Shown in pieces: positions 28,030 through 37,684 of a DNA stretch of 64,000 nt. The notes under the pieces are model-generated. The model had not been told where the DNA came from and searched no databases. It was given only the letters and a program-made list of their open reading frames with translations. Position 1 is the stretch's first letter, and the number at the start of each line of letters is the position of its first letter. Both the position numbers and the translations under genes were made by a program. Source of the stretch: Myxococcota bacterium (GTDB lineage: Bacteria; Myxococcota; Myxococcia; Myxococcales; Myxococcaceae); the NCBI GenBank assembly GCA_049322255.1, contig JBMORE010000163.1, forward strand, positions 1 to 64,000, read 5' to 3'.

Positions 28030-29694
28030 CTAGAGCACCACCGTCTCTTTGTGCTCGCCGAACACCGAACGCATGGCCTGGGAAATCTCTCCCAGGCTGG
28101 CCTCGGCCTTCACCGCGTCGAGGATGTGGGGGATGAGGTTCTCCTCCGGGCGCGCGGCGGCCCGCGAAAGCACATCGAGCGCACGCAAAACCGCCTCGCC
28201 GTCGCGTGTCTTTCGCAGCTCGGCCAGCCGCCTGCTCTGCACCTGGGCGACCGAGTCGTCGACCCGTAACAGCCCTCGAGGAGGCGGCTCCTTCACCTGG
28301 TACTGGTTGACGCCCACCACCACCGAGCGGCCTTCCTCCAGCTCGCGCTGGGCGGCGTAGGCCGCGCTCTGAATTTCCTTTTGTGGGTAGCCCTGGGAGA
28401 TGGCGGCCACCATTCCTCCCAGGTCGTCAATCTTCTCGATGTACGCCCGTGCCTTCTCCTCCAGCTCGTCGGTGAGGCGCTCGAGAGCGTACGCGCCGCC
28501 CAAGGGGTCGATGACGTCGGCGACGCCGCTCTCGTGGGCGATGATTTGCTGGGTGCGCAGCGCCAGCCGGGCCGCCTCCTCCGAGGGCAGGGCGAGCGCC
28601 TCGTCGCGCGAGTTGGTGTGGAGCGACTGGCAACCGCCCATCACCGCCGCCAACGCCTGCAGCGCCACCCGCACCACGTTGTTGTCGGGTTGCTGGGCGG
28701 TGAGCGTCGAGCCGGCCGTCTGCGCGTGGAAGCGCAGCATCATCGAGCGCGGGTCTTGGGCCCCGAAGCGCTCCTTCATGATGCGTGCCCACAGCCGGCG
28801 CGCGGCGCGGAACTTGGCCACCTCCTCGAGGAAGTGGTTGTGCACGTTGAAGAAGAAGGAGAGCCGCCCGGCGAAGTCGTCGACCTCCAGCCCCGCCTTT
28901 CGTGCTGCCTCCACGTAAGCGATGCCGTCGGCCAGGGTGAAGGCGAGCTCCTGCGCCGCCGTCGAGCCCGCCTCGCGAATGTGGTAGCCGCTGATGGAGA
29001 TGGGGTTCCACTTGGGAATCTTCTTCGCGCAGAAGGCGAACAGGTTGGTGATGAGGCGTAAAGAAGGCTCGGGCGGATAGATGTAGGTACCGCGGGCGAT
29101 GTACTCCTTGAGAATGTCGTTCTGCACCGTGCCCGAGAGCTTCTCCAGCGGCACTCCGTGGCGCTCTCCCACCGCGGCGTAGAGCATGAGCAAGATGGGC
29201 GCGGTGGCGTTGATGGTCATCGAGGTGGACACCTGGCCCAGCGGGAGGCGGTGCAGCAGCACTTCCATGTCGCGCAAGGAGCAGATGGACACGCCCACCT
29301 TGCCCACCTCACCCAGCGCCCGCGGGTCGTCGGCGTCGCGGCCCATCTGGGTGGGCAGGTCGAAGGCCACCGAAAGCCCGGTCTGCCCCGATTGCAGCAA
29401 GTAATGGTAGCGGCGGTTGGCGTCCTCGGCGGTGCCGAAGCCGGCGTACTGGCGCATCGTCCACAACCGGCCGCGGTACATGGTGGGCTGCACCCCGCGG
29501 GTGAAGGGGAATTCGCCGGGGAAGCCCAGCTTCTCGAGGTAGCGCTCCGGCGGAGCGGCGTCGGGGGTCTCCAGTGGACCCAGCTCGATGCCGCTCGAGG
29601 TTTCGAAGCGAGGGCGGCGCTCGGGCGACTTCTTCGTCGCCGGGGCGTAGGTCGCTTCCAGCCAGCGCTCCTTCTCCTTCTTCCAGTCGGGCAT
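28030..29694 (-). CDS. Methylmalonyl-CoA mutase, large (substrate-binding) subunit of a split enzyme
   Basis: [18 protein letters not shown] (Tyr), [14 protein letters not shown] (Arg), [11 protein letters not shown] and QSLHTNS motifs. No C-terminal DxHxxG B12-binding domain. Confidence 0.92.
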   Translation of the reverse strand: MPDWKKEKERWLEATYAPATKKSPERRPRFETSSGIELGPLETPDAAPPERYLEKLGFPGEFPFTRGVQPTMYRGRLWTMRQYAGFGTAEDANRRYHYLLQSGQTGLSVAFDLPTQMGRDADDPRALGEVGKVGVSICSLRDMEVLLHRLPLGQVSTSMTINATAPILLMLYAAVGERHGVPLEKLSGTVQNDILKEYIARGTYIYPPEPSLRLITNLFAFCAKKIPKWNPISISGYHIREAGSTAAQELAFTLADGIAYVEAARKAGLEVDDFAGRLSFFFNVHNHFLEEVAKFRAARRLWARIMKERFGAQDPRSMMLRFHAQTAGSTLTAQQPDNNVVRVALQALAAVMGGCQSLHTNSRDEALALPSEEAARLALRTQQIIAHESGVADVIDPLGGAYALERLTDELEEKARAYIEKIDDLGGMVAAISQGYPQKEIQSAAYAAQRELEEGRSVVVGVNQYQVKEPPPRGLLRVDDSVAQVQSRRLAELRKTRDGEAVLRALDVLSRAAARPEENLIPHILDAVKAEASLGEISQAMRSVFGEHKETVVL

Positions 29695-29774
29695 ATGGTC
29701 GATAATGCCACACGGGATCGTGCGGAGGTCCCATGGGCATCGAGCTTCGAGGCCTCACAGGAGGAGACCAGGGG

Positions 29775-30074
29775 GTGCCGACAAGAATCCCAGTAGACCG
29801 TCGCAAGATCGAAGCGTTCTGCGCTCGCCATCACATTCAAAAGCTTGCGTTCTTCGGGTCCGTGCTGCGTGACGACTTCAGGTCGGACAGCGACGTCGAT
29901 GTTCTCGTGGAATTCGAGCCTGGCCATACGCCAGGGCTTAAGTTTTTCGAGATGCAGGATGAGCTCTCCTCGATTTTGGGGCGCTCAGTGGACCTCAACA
30001 CTCCCGGCTTCTTGAGCCGCCATTTCAGGGAGCGGGTCCTTGCCGAGGCGGAGACCCAGTATGTCCGCGCGTGA
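29775..30074 (+). CDS. mntA: MNT nucleotidyltransferase antitoxin
   Basis: GS-X10-DXD ([15 protein letters not shown]). GGAG lies upstream of GTG 29775. Confidence 0.9.
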   Translation: MPTRIPVDRRKIEAFCARHHIQKLAFFGSVLRDDFRSDSDVDVLVEFEPGHTPGLKFFEMQDELSSILGRSVDLNTPGFLSRHFRERVLAEAETQYVRA

Positions 30075-30396
30075 AGTGGAGACTCGGCTCAAGCACATGC
30101 TGGATGCGGCTCGGCGAGCCGTCGACCACTCACGAGGACGATCGAGGCAGACGCTCGACGAAGATGAGCTGCTCTCCCTGGCGCTCGTACGCTTGGTGGA
30201 GATCATCGGTGAGGCAGCGAAGAACGTTCCCGACGAATTTCGGCGGAAGCACCCGAAGATCCCATGGCGTGCAATCGCCGGGACCAGGGACAAGTTGATT
30301 CACGGGTACTTCGATGTAGACCTCGACGTCTTATGGCAGATCGTCTCTGGCGACCTGCCGGAATTGGTACGGGAGCTGGAGAAGATTGCGCCATAG
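30061..30396 (+). CDS. hepT: HEPN (DUF86/HepT-like) RNase toxin
   Basis: EIIGEAA, IPWRAI and RDKLIHGY (RX4HXY) motifs. Overlaps the MNT gene. Confidence 0.9.
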   Translation: MSAREVETRLKHMLDAARRAVDHSRGRSRQTLDEDELLSLALVRLVEIIGEAAKNVPDEFRRKHPKIPWRAIAGTRDKLIHGYFDVDLDVLWQIVSGDLPELVRELEKIAP

Positions 30397-30416
30397 CGAT
30401 CGGACCGGAGTGTCCC

Positions 30417-31634
30417 ATGGGAATCGAGCGGATTCGCAGCGCCATTGCGTCGGCGAGGGCCAACGACGGCAAGGTGGACGTAGGCGAGCTCGACCGCGCA
30501 CTCATTGAGGCGAGAGACCAAGGCGGGGTAGACGAGGCGGAGCGCGCCGAGTTACTTCGGCTGGCCGATGGGTTCGATGACGAGGTGAAGGCACGGCTGT
30601 ACCAACACCTGGCCGCCGTCGGGCAGCGCGCGGCGCATGTGAGCCTCGAGGCAGAGGGTCGTATCACCGGGGTGAAGGGTCGCTATGCCACGTTGGAGAC
30701 GGAGGTTCCCGGGCTCCACGCCAAGCTGGGGCTTTTCGACAACACCTTCGCTCTCTCCGGCCGCGCCCGCTCTGACGGCAATCTTTCGCTGCACATCGAT
30801 GGGCGTCCGGTGTCGGTACCGGTACGCGCCGGTGACCGGCCGGCGGCGCTTCTCGAGCGGGTGCGCGCACAGCTTCCTCCGGAGATGGTCGGACTGGTCT
30901 TTAGCGGAGATGCCCGGCTGCACGACCCGGAAGACTTCAACGGCATGCTGCCCCGGCGCAAGGACGAGTCGGCGCACCTGACGATGTACAAGCCGGCGGC
31001 GCTGGGCCTTCAGCCCGACGAGAAGCCCTTGCGGGTGATGGTCACCGGCTACGGGCCGTTCATGGGCATCGAGAACAACCCTTCAGACGCGTTGGCGCGG
31101 CAGCTGGCACAGATGGGCGCGCGCGGAGCGGTGGTGGAGTACCGTCGGCTCGACGTCACCCACTCGGCGGTGGACCAGTTCGTCGAAGAGCTGCGGCGCA
31201 ACCCACCGGACGTCGTTCTCTCCATGGGGGTCAGCTCGCGCGCGCAGGTCGAGGAGCGCCCGGAGAACCGGGTGAGCGGTGGTGTCGATGGCAAGAACCG
31301 GCCCATCACTCCCGGGGTGGTACTCCCAGGCGGTGACAAGGAGCTGCGCACCGACTTGCCGCTCGACACCATCAACCGCGCGCTCGACGAGCGCTTCGGG
31401 GCGCAGCGAAAAGTCGGTTCGAGCGCCAACGACCTCCTCTACAGCCCCGACCGCTCTGCCTACCTGTGCAACTACCTCGGCTACCAACTGGCGGCAGCCT
31501 TCGGCCGCAGCGACGCGACCACCGCGGGCTTCGTGCACATCACACCCGACACCCCCATCGAGCAGATGCACAGCCTGCTCGAAGCGGTCGTCACCCGCCA
31601 ACTCGAGCAGCGCCGGCAGCACCCAACGAGCTAG
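30417..31634 (+). CDS. Pyroglutamyl-peptidase I (C15)-like protein with long N-terminal extension
   Basis: VMVTGYGPF..NNPS, LSMGV, EERPEN, YLCNYLGY and GFVHI motifs (Glu/Cys/His triad). About 200 extra N-terminal residues. Confidence 0.8.
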   Translation: MGIERIRSAIASARANDGKVDVGELDRALIEARDQGGVDEAERAELLRLADGFDDEVKARLYQHLAAVGQRAAHVSLEAEGRITGVKGRYATLETEVPGLHAKLGLFDNTFALSGRARSDGNLSLHIDGRPVSVPVRAGDRPAALLERVRAQLPPEMVGLVFSGDARLHDPEDFNGMLPRRKDESAHLTMYKPAALGLQPDEKPLRVMVTGYGPFMGIENNPSDALARQLAQMGARGAVVEYRRLDVTHSAVDQFVEELRRNPPDVVLSMGVSSRAQVEERPENRVSGGVDGKNRPITPGVVLPGGDKELRTDLPLDTINRALDERFGAQRKVGSSANDLLYSPDRSAYLCNYLGYQLAAAFGRSDATTAGFVHITPDTPIEQMHSLLEAVVTRQLEQRRQHPTS

Positions 31635-31644
31635 TTGCTGGTCA

Positions 31645-31749
31645 TCACTTCTTCTTGGAGCCACGGAAGAGGAACCAAACCACGGCGATGCCCACCAGCG
31701 CGTACAAGGTGAGCTTTCCAAGAAACTCCGGGTCGGCCAACCGATTCAT
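31645..31749 (-). CDS. 34-aa single-pass membrane protein
   Basis: Manual translation gives MNRLADPEFLGKLTLYALVGIAVVWFLFRGSKKK*. GAGGG lies upstream, third-position GC is high, and there is a double TGA stop. Confidence 0.65.
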   Translation of the reverse strand: MNRLADPEFLGKLTLYALVGIAVVWFLFRGSKKK

Positions 31750-31779
31750 CAGTCCCTCGAGCCCTTAGAGTTGAAGAAT

Positions 31780-32391
31780 TCATTCCACCAGGGTCCTTTG
31801 GGGTCGCCCCCGTGCGGCTCCGACGAGCCGAAGCACCAATAGCGCCGCGAGGACCGCTCCATAGAGCAGCGGTTCGGTGAGATCCGCCTTCACCCGAAGC
31901 ACGAAATGCACCACCCCCAGCGCGGCGCAGAGGTAGGCGAGCCGATGGAGGAGCTTCCATCGTCTGAAGCCGAGCCGTTTCACCATCGCGTCGGTGGAGG
32001 TGAGGGCGAGGGGAATCATCAAGAGCCAGGCGAGGAACCCGGCGAGGATGAACGACCGCTTGGCGATGTCCGCGGCGATGGCGCCGACATCGAGCACCTG
32101 GTCGAGCCCGGCGTAGGTCGCCACGTGCGAGGTGGCGTAGAAGAACGCGAACAGCCCGAGCATGCGGCGAAGGCGCGCCGGCCACGTCCAGCCGAACAAG
32201 GGCTTCATCGGGGTGCAGGCCAAGGTGAGCAGCAGAAACACCAGCGCGACCAGCCCCAGGCGATTGAGGGCCTCGGCGATGGGATTGGCGCCCAGCTCCC
32301 CGCGCGCGGCCCGGAGGAGGATGGCGGCGAGCGGCACCAACGCGCCGGTGAATACCGCGGGCCGAAGCCACGGGAGCGGCCCTTGGGCCAT
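31780..32391 (-). CDS. msrQ: Methionine sulfoxide reductase heme-binding membrane subunit
   Basis: LGANP, TLACTP, RRMLGLFAFFYATSH, PLALTS and WKLLHRLAY motifs. Coupled to msrP. Confidence 0.92.
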   Translation of the reverse strand: MAQGPLPWLRPAVFTGALVPLAAILLRAARGELGANPIAEALNRLGLVALVFLLLTLACTPMKPLFGWTWPARLRRMLGLFAFFYATSHVATYAGLDQVLDVGAIAADIAKRSFILAGFLAWLLMIPLALTSTDAMVKRLGFRRWKLLHRLAYLCAALGVVHFVLRVKADLTEPLLYGAVLAALLVLRLVGAARGRPQRTLVE

Positions 32392-33386
32392 CAGTAGAGT
32401 TTCCTCGGGTCCATTCCTGTGTAGAGGCTCGCCACCTGGTCTGCGTAGCCGTTGAAGGGCAGCGTCGGCCGGCGGCGAATTTCGCCCAACCGCCGCTCGG
32501 TGGCTTGGCTCCAACGCGGGTGATCCACCTTGGGGTTCACGTTGGCGAAAAAGCCGTACTCGTTGGGTGCTGCCAGGCTCCAAGTCGTCGCCGGTTGCTC
32601 TTCGGTGAAGCGGATTTTCACGATGGACTTGATGCCTTTGAATCCGTACTTCCAGGGAACGATCAGCCGCAGCGGTGCTCCATTTTGATTGGGCAAGAGC
32701 TTGCCGTAGACCCCCACCACCAGCAGCGACAACGGGTGCGTCGCTTCGTCGATGCGCAGCCCTTCGACGTACGGCCAGTCGAGCACCCGCGAGCGCTGCC
32801 CGGGGAGCTGCTCGGGGTCGAGCAATGTTTCGAAGGCGACGTATTTGGCTTTCGAGGTCGGCTGAAGTCGCTTGATCAGCGCGGCGAGGGGAAAGCCGAC
32901 CCAAGGAACCACCATCGACCAGGCTTCGACACAGCGGAAGCGGTAGACCCGCTCCTCCAGCGGAAACCAGCGCAGCAGGGTGTCGATGTCGACGATGAGC
33001 GACTTCTTCACCTCGCCTTCCACTTCGATGGTCCACGGTCGTGGCCGTAAGGTGTGCCCGTTGCGCGCGGGGTCGGACTTGTCGAGCCCGAGCTCGTAGT
33101 AATTGTTGTAGGTGGTGACGTTTTCGTAGGGCGTCTGTGGCTCGTCGACTTTGTACTTGCCGCGTTCGGCGATGACGAGCTCGCCTGGCGTCTCCAGGGG
33201 GGCGGGTGCCGGCGTCTCTTTTTTCGGTGCGGGCGTCCCCTGGCCCGCTCCGGTGAGCGCGAGCAGGCTGCCGCCAAACGCCACCGACGTGCCGGTATAC
33301 AGCGCCACGTTCTTGATGAGCTCGCGGCGGCGAAGAAACAGCTTCTCCGGGGTGATGTCACGAAAGGGCGGCTCTTTGGGTTTCAT
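32391..33386 (-). CDS. msrP: Periplasmic methionine sulfoxide reductase, Mo catalytic subunit
   Basis: Tat motif RRRELIK. Contains [41 protein letters not shown] and [10 protein letters not shown]. Confidence 0.95.
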   Translation of the reverse strand: MKPKEPPFRDITPEKLFLRRRELIKNVALYTGTSVAFGGSLLALTGAGQGTPAPKKETPAPAPLETPGELVIAERGKYKVDEPQTPYENVTTYNNYYELGLDKSDPARNGHTLRPRPWTIEVEGEVKKSLIVDIDTLLRWFPLEERVYRFRCVEAWSMVVPWVGFPLAALIKRLQPTSKAKYVAFETLLDPEQLPGQRSRVLDWPYVEGLRIDEATHPLSLLVVGVYGKLLPNQNGAPLRLIVPWKYGFKGIKSIVKIRFTEEQPATTWSLAAPNEYGFFANVNPKVDHPRWSQATERRLGEIRRRPTLPFNGYADQVASLYTGMDPRKLY

Positions 33387-33395
33387 ACCGTCCTA

Positions 33396-33420
33396 TACGT
33401 TAGGAGCAGCGAACGGGTTT
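33396..33420 (-). promoter_or_regulatory. Putative ECF-sigma promoter of msrPQ (AAAC-N17-CGTA)
   Basis: Minus strand reads AAAC CCGTTCGCTGCTCCTAA CGTA, 9 nt before the msrP ATG. A TCCTA..TAGGA palindrome overlaps the -10. Confidence 0.45.
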
Positions 33421-33481
33421 CGGCCAGCGGAGGAACACCGGAGAGGGAGTGCTCGCCAGCGCCCGCATCAACCGCGACTGC

Positions 33482-33847
33482 TCAACGGTCCCTGCGGTGC
33501 TGAGGAAAGACGGAGATTGCCTCTCGCCGCACGCGCCGCCAAAACCCACTCGGACGCCGGCGCATGTGCGCCCACTCCGCGGGAGTGTAGATGAGCAAGT
33601 CGACCGCACCGAGCCGATGAACCACGTCGAGGAAGTCCTTCCCTCGTTCGGGGAAGGGCCGCTTCGTGTCGGTGACGAGAATCAAGTCGACGTCGCTCTC
33701 GCCGCTGGCTTCGCCACGTGCGTGGCTGCCGAACAAGTAGGCGTTTGCGACTCTCCCTCCCAGCATTTTTCGCAGCTCGGCCAGAAGCGCTCGTTGGGAC
33801 CATCGAGGCGCGGTACGCCAAATCACCACGGGTTCTTCGGTCATCAT
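33482..33847 (-). CDS. MNT nucleotidyltransferase
   Basis: GSHARGEASGESDVD (GS-X10-DXD) and VDLLIYTPAE motifs. ATGA-coupled to the HEPN gene. Confidence 0.88.
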   Translation of the reverse strand: MMTEEPVVIWRTAPRWSQRALLAELRKMLGGRVANAYLFGSHARGEASGESDVDLILVTDTKRPFPERGKDFLDVVHRLGAVDLLIYTPAEWAHMRRRPSGFWRRVRREAISVFPQHRRDR

Positions 33848-34230
33848 TTCGCGATCTTCTTTTTCGCCGCCTGGATCAGCTGAGTCGCAAACCTCACGGC
33901 TTCTTCCGCCTGGGCGCGGGTGAACACTTCGCACGGGGCCCCGTCGGGAAGCGCGTCTGGGTAGCGCCCGGAGAGGTAGTACTGGTCAAGCCGAGTGGCC
34001 GCCTCCTCGAGGCGACCGTTCAGGCGGAGCAGCTCGCACAACTTCTTCAAGCTGTGGGTCAGCACGACCAGGGCGCCGCGCGAAAGAAGAGCACTCTTGA
34101 GCGCCTTTTCCACCGCTTGCTGGCAGATGAAACAGCACTGAGCGTAGAAACCCTCTCGGAGCGCGCTCTTGGCGAAGAGTAGGTCGCTCTTGGCTTGAAC
34201 CAGCCAGTGGTGTGCGCGCTTTTGGACCAT
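33844..34230 (-). CDS. HEPN-domain protein (RYP-type)
   Basis: WLVQAKSDL, CFICQQAVEKALKS, THSL and YLSGRYPD motifs. Confidence 0.88.
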   Translation of the reverse strand: MVQKRAHHWLVQAKSDLLFAKSALREGFYAQCCFICQQAVEKALKSALLSRGALVVLTHSLKKLCELLRLNGRLEEAATRLDQYYLSGRYPDALPDGAPCEVFTRAQAEEAVRFATQLIQAAKKKIAK

Positions 34231-34249
34231 CTGGTGGGTGCTTATCAAA

Positions 34250-36754
34250 TCAGGTGCCGATTCGCCGAAGCGACAGCAGCGGACCATCGGCCTTTCCCGG
34301 ACGAGCGAGGTCGACGGTGCACTCCACCATCCACTCCCCCTGGCCCTCGGGGTCGAGGAGCGTCTGACGCGCTGTCCACCGCTGGGGGCTTTCCTCCAAC
34401 AGCTGGGTGTACTGAGGACGGCGGGAAGCGGGGGTGACATCGATGCTCGAGTACTCCGCCCAGTAGGGCGCCAGCTCGGCCTCGAAGCGCTGGGGTGACC
34501 ACTCGCCGCCGTCGGCGAGGCAGAAGGCCGCCTCCTCGTAGTCTTTGACGGCCAGCGCCTTCACCAAGCGATGCAGCTCGGCGCGGACGGCGGCGGCGAA
34601 ACGAGGCCCGTGCGTCGGCAAAGGAGCGCCCTGCTCGGTGCGAGCCACCGGGGCTTCCTCGCGAAGGCGCTCCCATTCCTCGACCAGGCTGGAGTCGGTG
34701 CCCCGCACCACCGCGCGCAGGTAAGCCATCACGTCTTCGAGCTCGTCGGTGCGCAGCGCCTCGGGCACCGATTGCACCACCGTCTTGTACGCCTCGGAGA
34801 GGTAGCGCAAGAGCACGCCTTCACTGCGCTGCAGGCCATGGTCCTTCACGTATTCGTTGAAAGTGGCGCAGCGCTCGAACATCTCGCGCGCCACCGACTT
34901 GGGGCGGATGTTTTCCTCTCCCACCCAGGGGTGCACGGCGGCGAAGGCGTTGTAGCTGTCGTAGATGAAGTCGCGTAGCGGCTTGGGCCACTCGAGCTTC
35001 TCCAGCTCGGCCATACGCTCCTCGTACTCCACCCCCTTGGCCTTGAGCTCGGCGACCTTCTCGGCCTTGAGCCGGTCGAGCTGCGCGTAGAGCACCTGCA
35101 TCGGGCTTTCGAGGATGGACTCCACCAGCGAGAGCACGTCGAGCGCGTAGGTGGGCGCGGCGCGGTCGAGCTTGGGCAGCGTCTCCAAGAGGTAGAGGGA
35201 GAGGGTGTGGTGAAGCGAGAAGTCGCGCTGCAAGCCCGGCTGCACTTGTACGTGGGCGCCCTGCGTAGGAGTGCGGCGCTCGACCACGATGAGCCCCGCG
35301 GCGCGCAAGGTGCGGAAGTAGAGGGCCGAGCTGGCCAGGAGCTTCTTCTTCACGTAGTCGCGCTCGTGGCAGCGGGCGATGAGCTCCACCAGCCGCCGGT
35401 AACCTCCGTGGCGGGTGCCTTCGGCGCTCTGCAAGAGATTCAAGAGCAGCCCGTGGCTCACCAAAAAGCGCGACTCCAAGGGCTCGGGCGGGCGCGACAA
35501 AAGCCGCTCGAAGGTGGCCTTGTCCCAGTGCGCGTAACCTTTCTGCGGTGGCTTTTGCATCACCACCTTCTTGCCTTGGGCTTTCTTTTGCGACAGCCGC
35601 AGGTTCTCGATGACGTGCGCGGGGGCCTGCACCACCACGCTCCCCGCCTCGTCGAAACCCTTGCGCCCGGCGCGCCCGGCAATCTGGAGAAACTCGCGCA
35701 CCGAGAGGATGCCGGTCTTCTCCCCATCGAACTTGCACAGCTGGGTGAAGAGCACCGTGCGGATGGGGATGTTCACCCCCACTCCCAGCGTGTCGGTGCC
35801 GCTGATGACCTTGAGCAGCCCCGACTGGGAGAGGCGCTCCACCAGGAGGCGGTACATGGGCAAGAGCCCTGCGTGGTGCAGGCCCAAGCCGTGGCGCAGG
35901 AAGCGCGCGAGGTCTTTGCCGAACGGGGTGTCGAAGCGCGCGCCCTGGAGCGCGTCCTTGAGCGCCTCCTTCTCCGCTTTGGTGGAGAAGTCGACCGAGA
36001 GGAGCGCCTGCGCCTGCTCCACCGCCGCGCGCTGGGTGAAGCTCACCAGGTACACCGGCGCTTTTCCCCGCTGGAGCAGCGTCTGCACCGTCTCGTGCAG
36101 CGGTGTCTCCACGTATTCGAAGTCCAGCGGCACCGGACGGACGGCGCTCTTCACCTCCGCCACTTCGCGGCCGGTGAGGCGGGCGAGGCTTTCCTTGAGG
36201 GCGGTGAGGTCGCCCAAGGTGGCGGACATGAGCAAGAAAGTCGTCTCGGGCATCGCCAAGAGCGGCAGCTGCCAGGCCACCCCGCGCTCCTTGTCGGCGT
36301 AGTAGTGGAACTCGTCCATCACCACGTAGTCGGCGACGATGCGGTCTTCGCGTAAGGAGAGGTTGGAGAGAATCTCGGCGGTGCAGCAGATGAGGGGCGC
36401 CGTCTTGTTCACCGCTGCATCGCCGGTCATCAAGCCCACGTTCTCGGGGCCGAAGGCTTCGCAGAGGGCGAAGAACTTCTCGTTCACCAGCGCCTTGATG
36501 GGGCAGGTGTAGAAGGCGTTCTTTCTCTCGGCCATCGCCTTGAACAAGAGCGCGGTGGCCACCAGCGACTTGCCCGAGCCGGTGGGGGTGGCGAGCACCA
36601 AGTGCTTTCCCGAGAAGAGCTCGAGAATCGCCTCTTCCTGGGCAGGGTAGAGCTCGAGCCCTTTGCCTCCCGCGTAGGCCACGAAGCGGGAGAGCACCTC
36701 GTCCGCGGAAAGCGGCAAGGCGCTGGCGGCAGGCAGGCTCGAAGTCAGCGTCAT
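34250..36754 (-). CDS. Ski2-like DExH-box RNA helicase with DUF3516-like C-terminus
   Basis: TPTGSGKS, PIKALVNEKF, MDEFHYY, MSAT, HHAGLLP, TDTLGVGVN and QIAGRAGR motifs. Confidence 0.92.
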   Translation of the reverse strand: MTLTSSLPAASALPLSADEVLSRFVAYAGGKGLELYPAQEEAILELFSGKHLVLATPTGSGKSLVATALLFKAMAERKNAFYTCPIKALVNEKFFALCEAFGPENVGLMTGDAAVNKTAPLICCTAEILSNLSLREDRIVADYVVMDEFHYYADKERGVAWQLPLLAMPETTFLLMSATLGDLTALKESLARLTGREVAEVKSAVRPVPLDFEYVETPLHETVQTLLQRGKAPVYLVSFTQRAAVEQAQALLSVDFSTKAEKEALKDALQGARFDTPFGKDLARFLRHGLGLHHAGLLPMYRLLVERLSQSGLLKVISGTDTLGVGVNIPIRTVLFTQLCKFDGEKTGILSVREFLQIAGRAGRKGFDEAGSVVVQAPAHVIENLRLSQKKAQGKKVVMQKPPQKGYAHWDKATFERLLSRPPEPLESRFLVSHGLLLNLLQSAEGTRHGGYRRLVELIARCHERDYVKKKLLASSALYFRTLRAAGLIVVERRTPTQGAHVQVQPGLQRDFSLHHTLSLYLLETLPKLDRAAPTYALDVLSLVESILESPMQVLYAQLDRLKAEKVAELKAKGVEYEERMAELEKLEWPKPLRDFIYDSYNAFAAVHPWVGEENIRPKSVAREMFERCATFNEYVKDHGLQRSEGVLLRYLSEAYKTVVQSVPEALRTDELEDVMAYLRAVVRGTDSSLVEEWERLREEAPVARTEQGAPLPTHGPRFAAAVRAELHRLVKALAVKDYEEAAFCLADGGEWSPQRFEAELAPYWAEYSSIDVTPASRRPQYTQLLEESPQRWTARQTLLDPEGQGEWMVECTVDLARPGKADGPLLSLRRIGT

Positions 36755-36783
36755 CTCTCCCAGCATGCCGTAAGCTCCGCCCA

Positions 36784-37677
36784 ATGCGAGCGGTTGCTTG
36801 GACAATCGTCCTCTCTATGTGTTGGGTCAGCTGCGGACCCAAGTCGATGCAGGCGCGGCTGGCCAACGCCGAAGAGCGTACCGACGAGGCGGTGCGCGTG
36901 CTCGACGACGCCGAGGAGAGGATTCGCTCCCTGGAGATTGCCGAGGCGAAGAAACTCTTGGCCGAGGCGCGGGAGGTTCTCTCCGACCGCGATGTTTCCC
37001 TGCACCCGGAGGGCGACACTTTGCGGGTGCGGCTGACCGAGCTGAACGCCGAGCTCGAGCTGGCCGAGGTGGAGAAGAAGAAGCGCGACCTGGAATTCGC
37101 CGTGCTCCGGCAGAAAGAGAAGGTCGAGCGTGCGCTGGCCGCGCTGCGCCAACGTGAAGAAGAGCTGTCCACTCCCACCGTGGCGCGCATCACCGCGGTG
37201 CGGGAGGCGGCGCGCGAAGTGGTGGACGAGCTGCAGGAAGGCAAGGAGCTCGCCGCCAAGGACAAGCCCTACGCCGCCTACGTAAAGGAAGTGGAGTACT
37301 CCTTGGAGCAGTCCGAGGTGCAGGCTGTCTTCGCCGAGAAGCTCTTCGCCTTCCGCGAAGGACCGGCGGCGGCACGCATGAAGGGATTCGAGGCGGCGCA
37401 GGCGGCCAAGGAAGCTTCCGTCGAAAAGAAGGTCGAGCTGCTCAGCGCGGCGCACGGCCATTTCCAGGCGTGCGCCACCGAGGGCCGAGCACAGCTTGCG
37501 AGCACACCGACGTTGGCGAAGGCGCCTGTCGTCGCCGGCGAAAAGGTGACCGCCAAGACGTTGGTGGCCGAATGTCAGGCGAAGCTGCGGCCAACCGCCA
37601 AACAGCTCGCCGCCGCGCAAAAGAAGCTGCAGCAGAGCGCCAAGAAGCCGGTGAAAAAGAAGGCCAGGAAAAAGTAG
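36784..37677 (+). CDS. Coiled-coil lipoprotein
   Basis: Lipobox WVSC, long E/A/K/R heptad helices and a Lys-rich tail. Confidence 0.75.
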   Translation: MRAVAWTIVLSMCWVSCGPKSMQARLANAEERTDEAVRVLDDAEERIRSLEIAEAKKLLAEAREVLSDRDVSLHPEGDTLRVRLTELNAELELAEVEKKKRDLEFAVLRQKEKVERALAALRQREEELSTPTVARITAVREAAREVVDELQEGKELAAKDKPYAAYVKEVEYSLEQSEVQAVFAEKLFAFREGPAAARMKGFEAAQAAKEASVEKKVELLSAAHGHFQACATEGRAQLASTPTLAKAPVVAGEKVTAKTLVAECQAKLRPTAKQLAAAQKKLQQSAKKPVKKKARKK

Positions 37678-37684
37678 TTCGCGG

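Noticed and set aside
28030..29694. Isobutyryl-CoA mutase or a truncated mutase pseudogene
   Set aside because: The Tyr (RQYAG) and Arg (YIARG) specificity residues indicate methylmalonyl-CoA. Split large/small subunit organisation is normal.
34821..37265. 814-aa minus-strand ORF overlapping the helicase
   Set aside because: Arg/Pro/Gly-rich alternative-frame shadow typical of high-GC DNA. The helicase frame carries all motifs.
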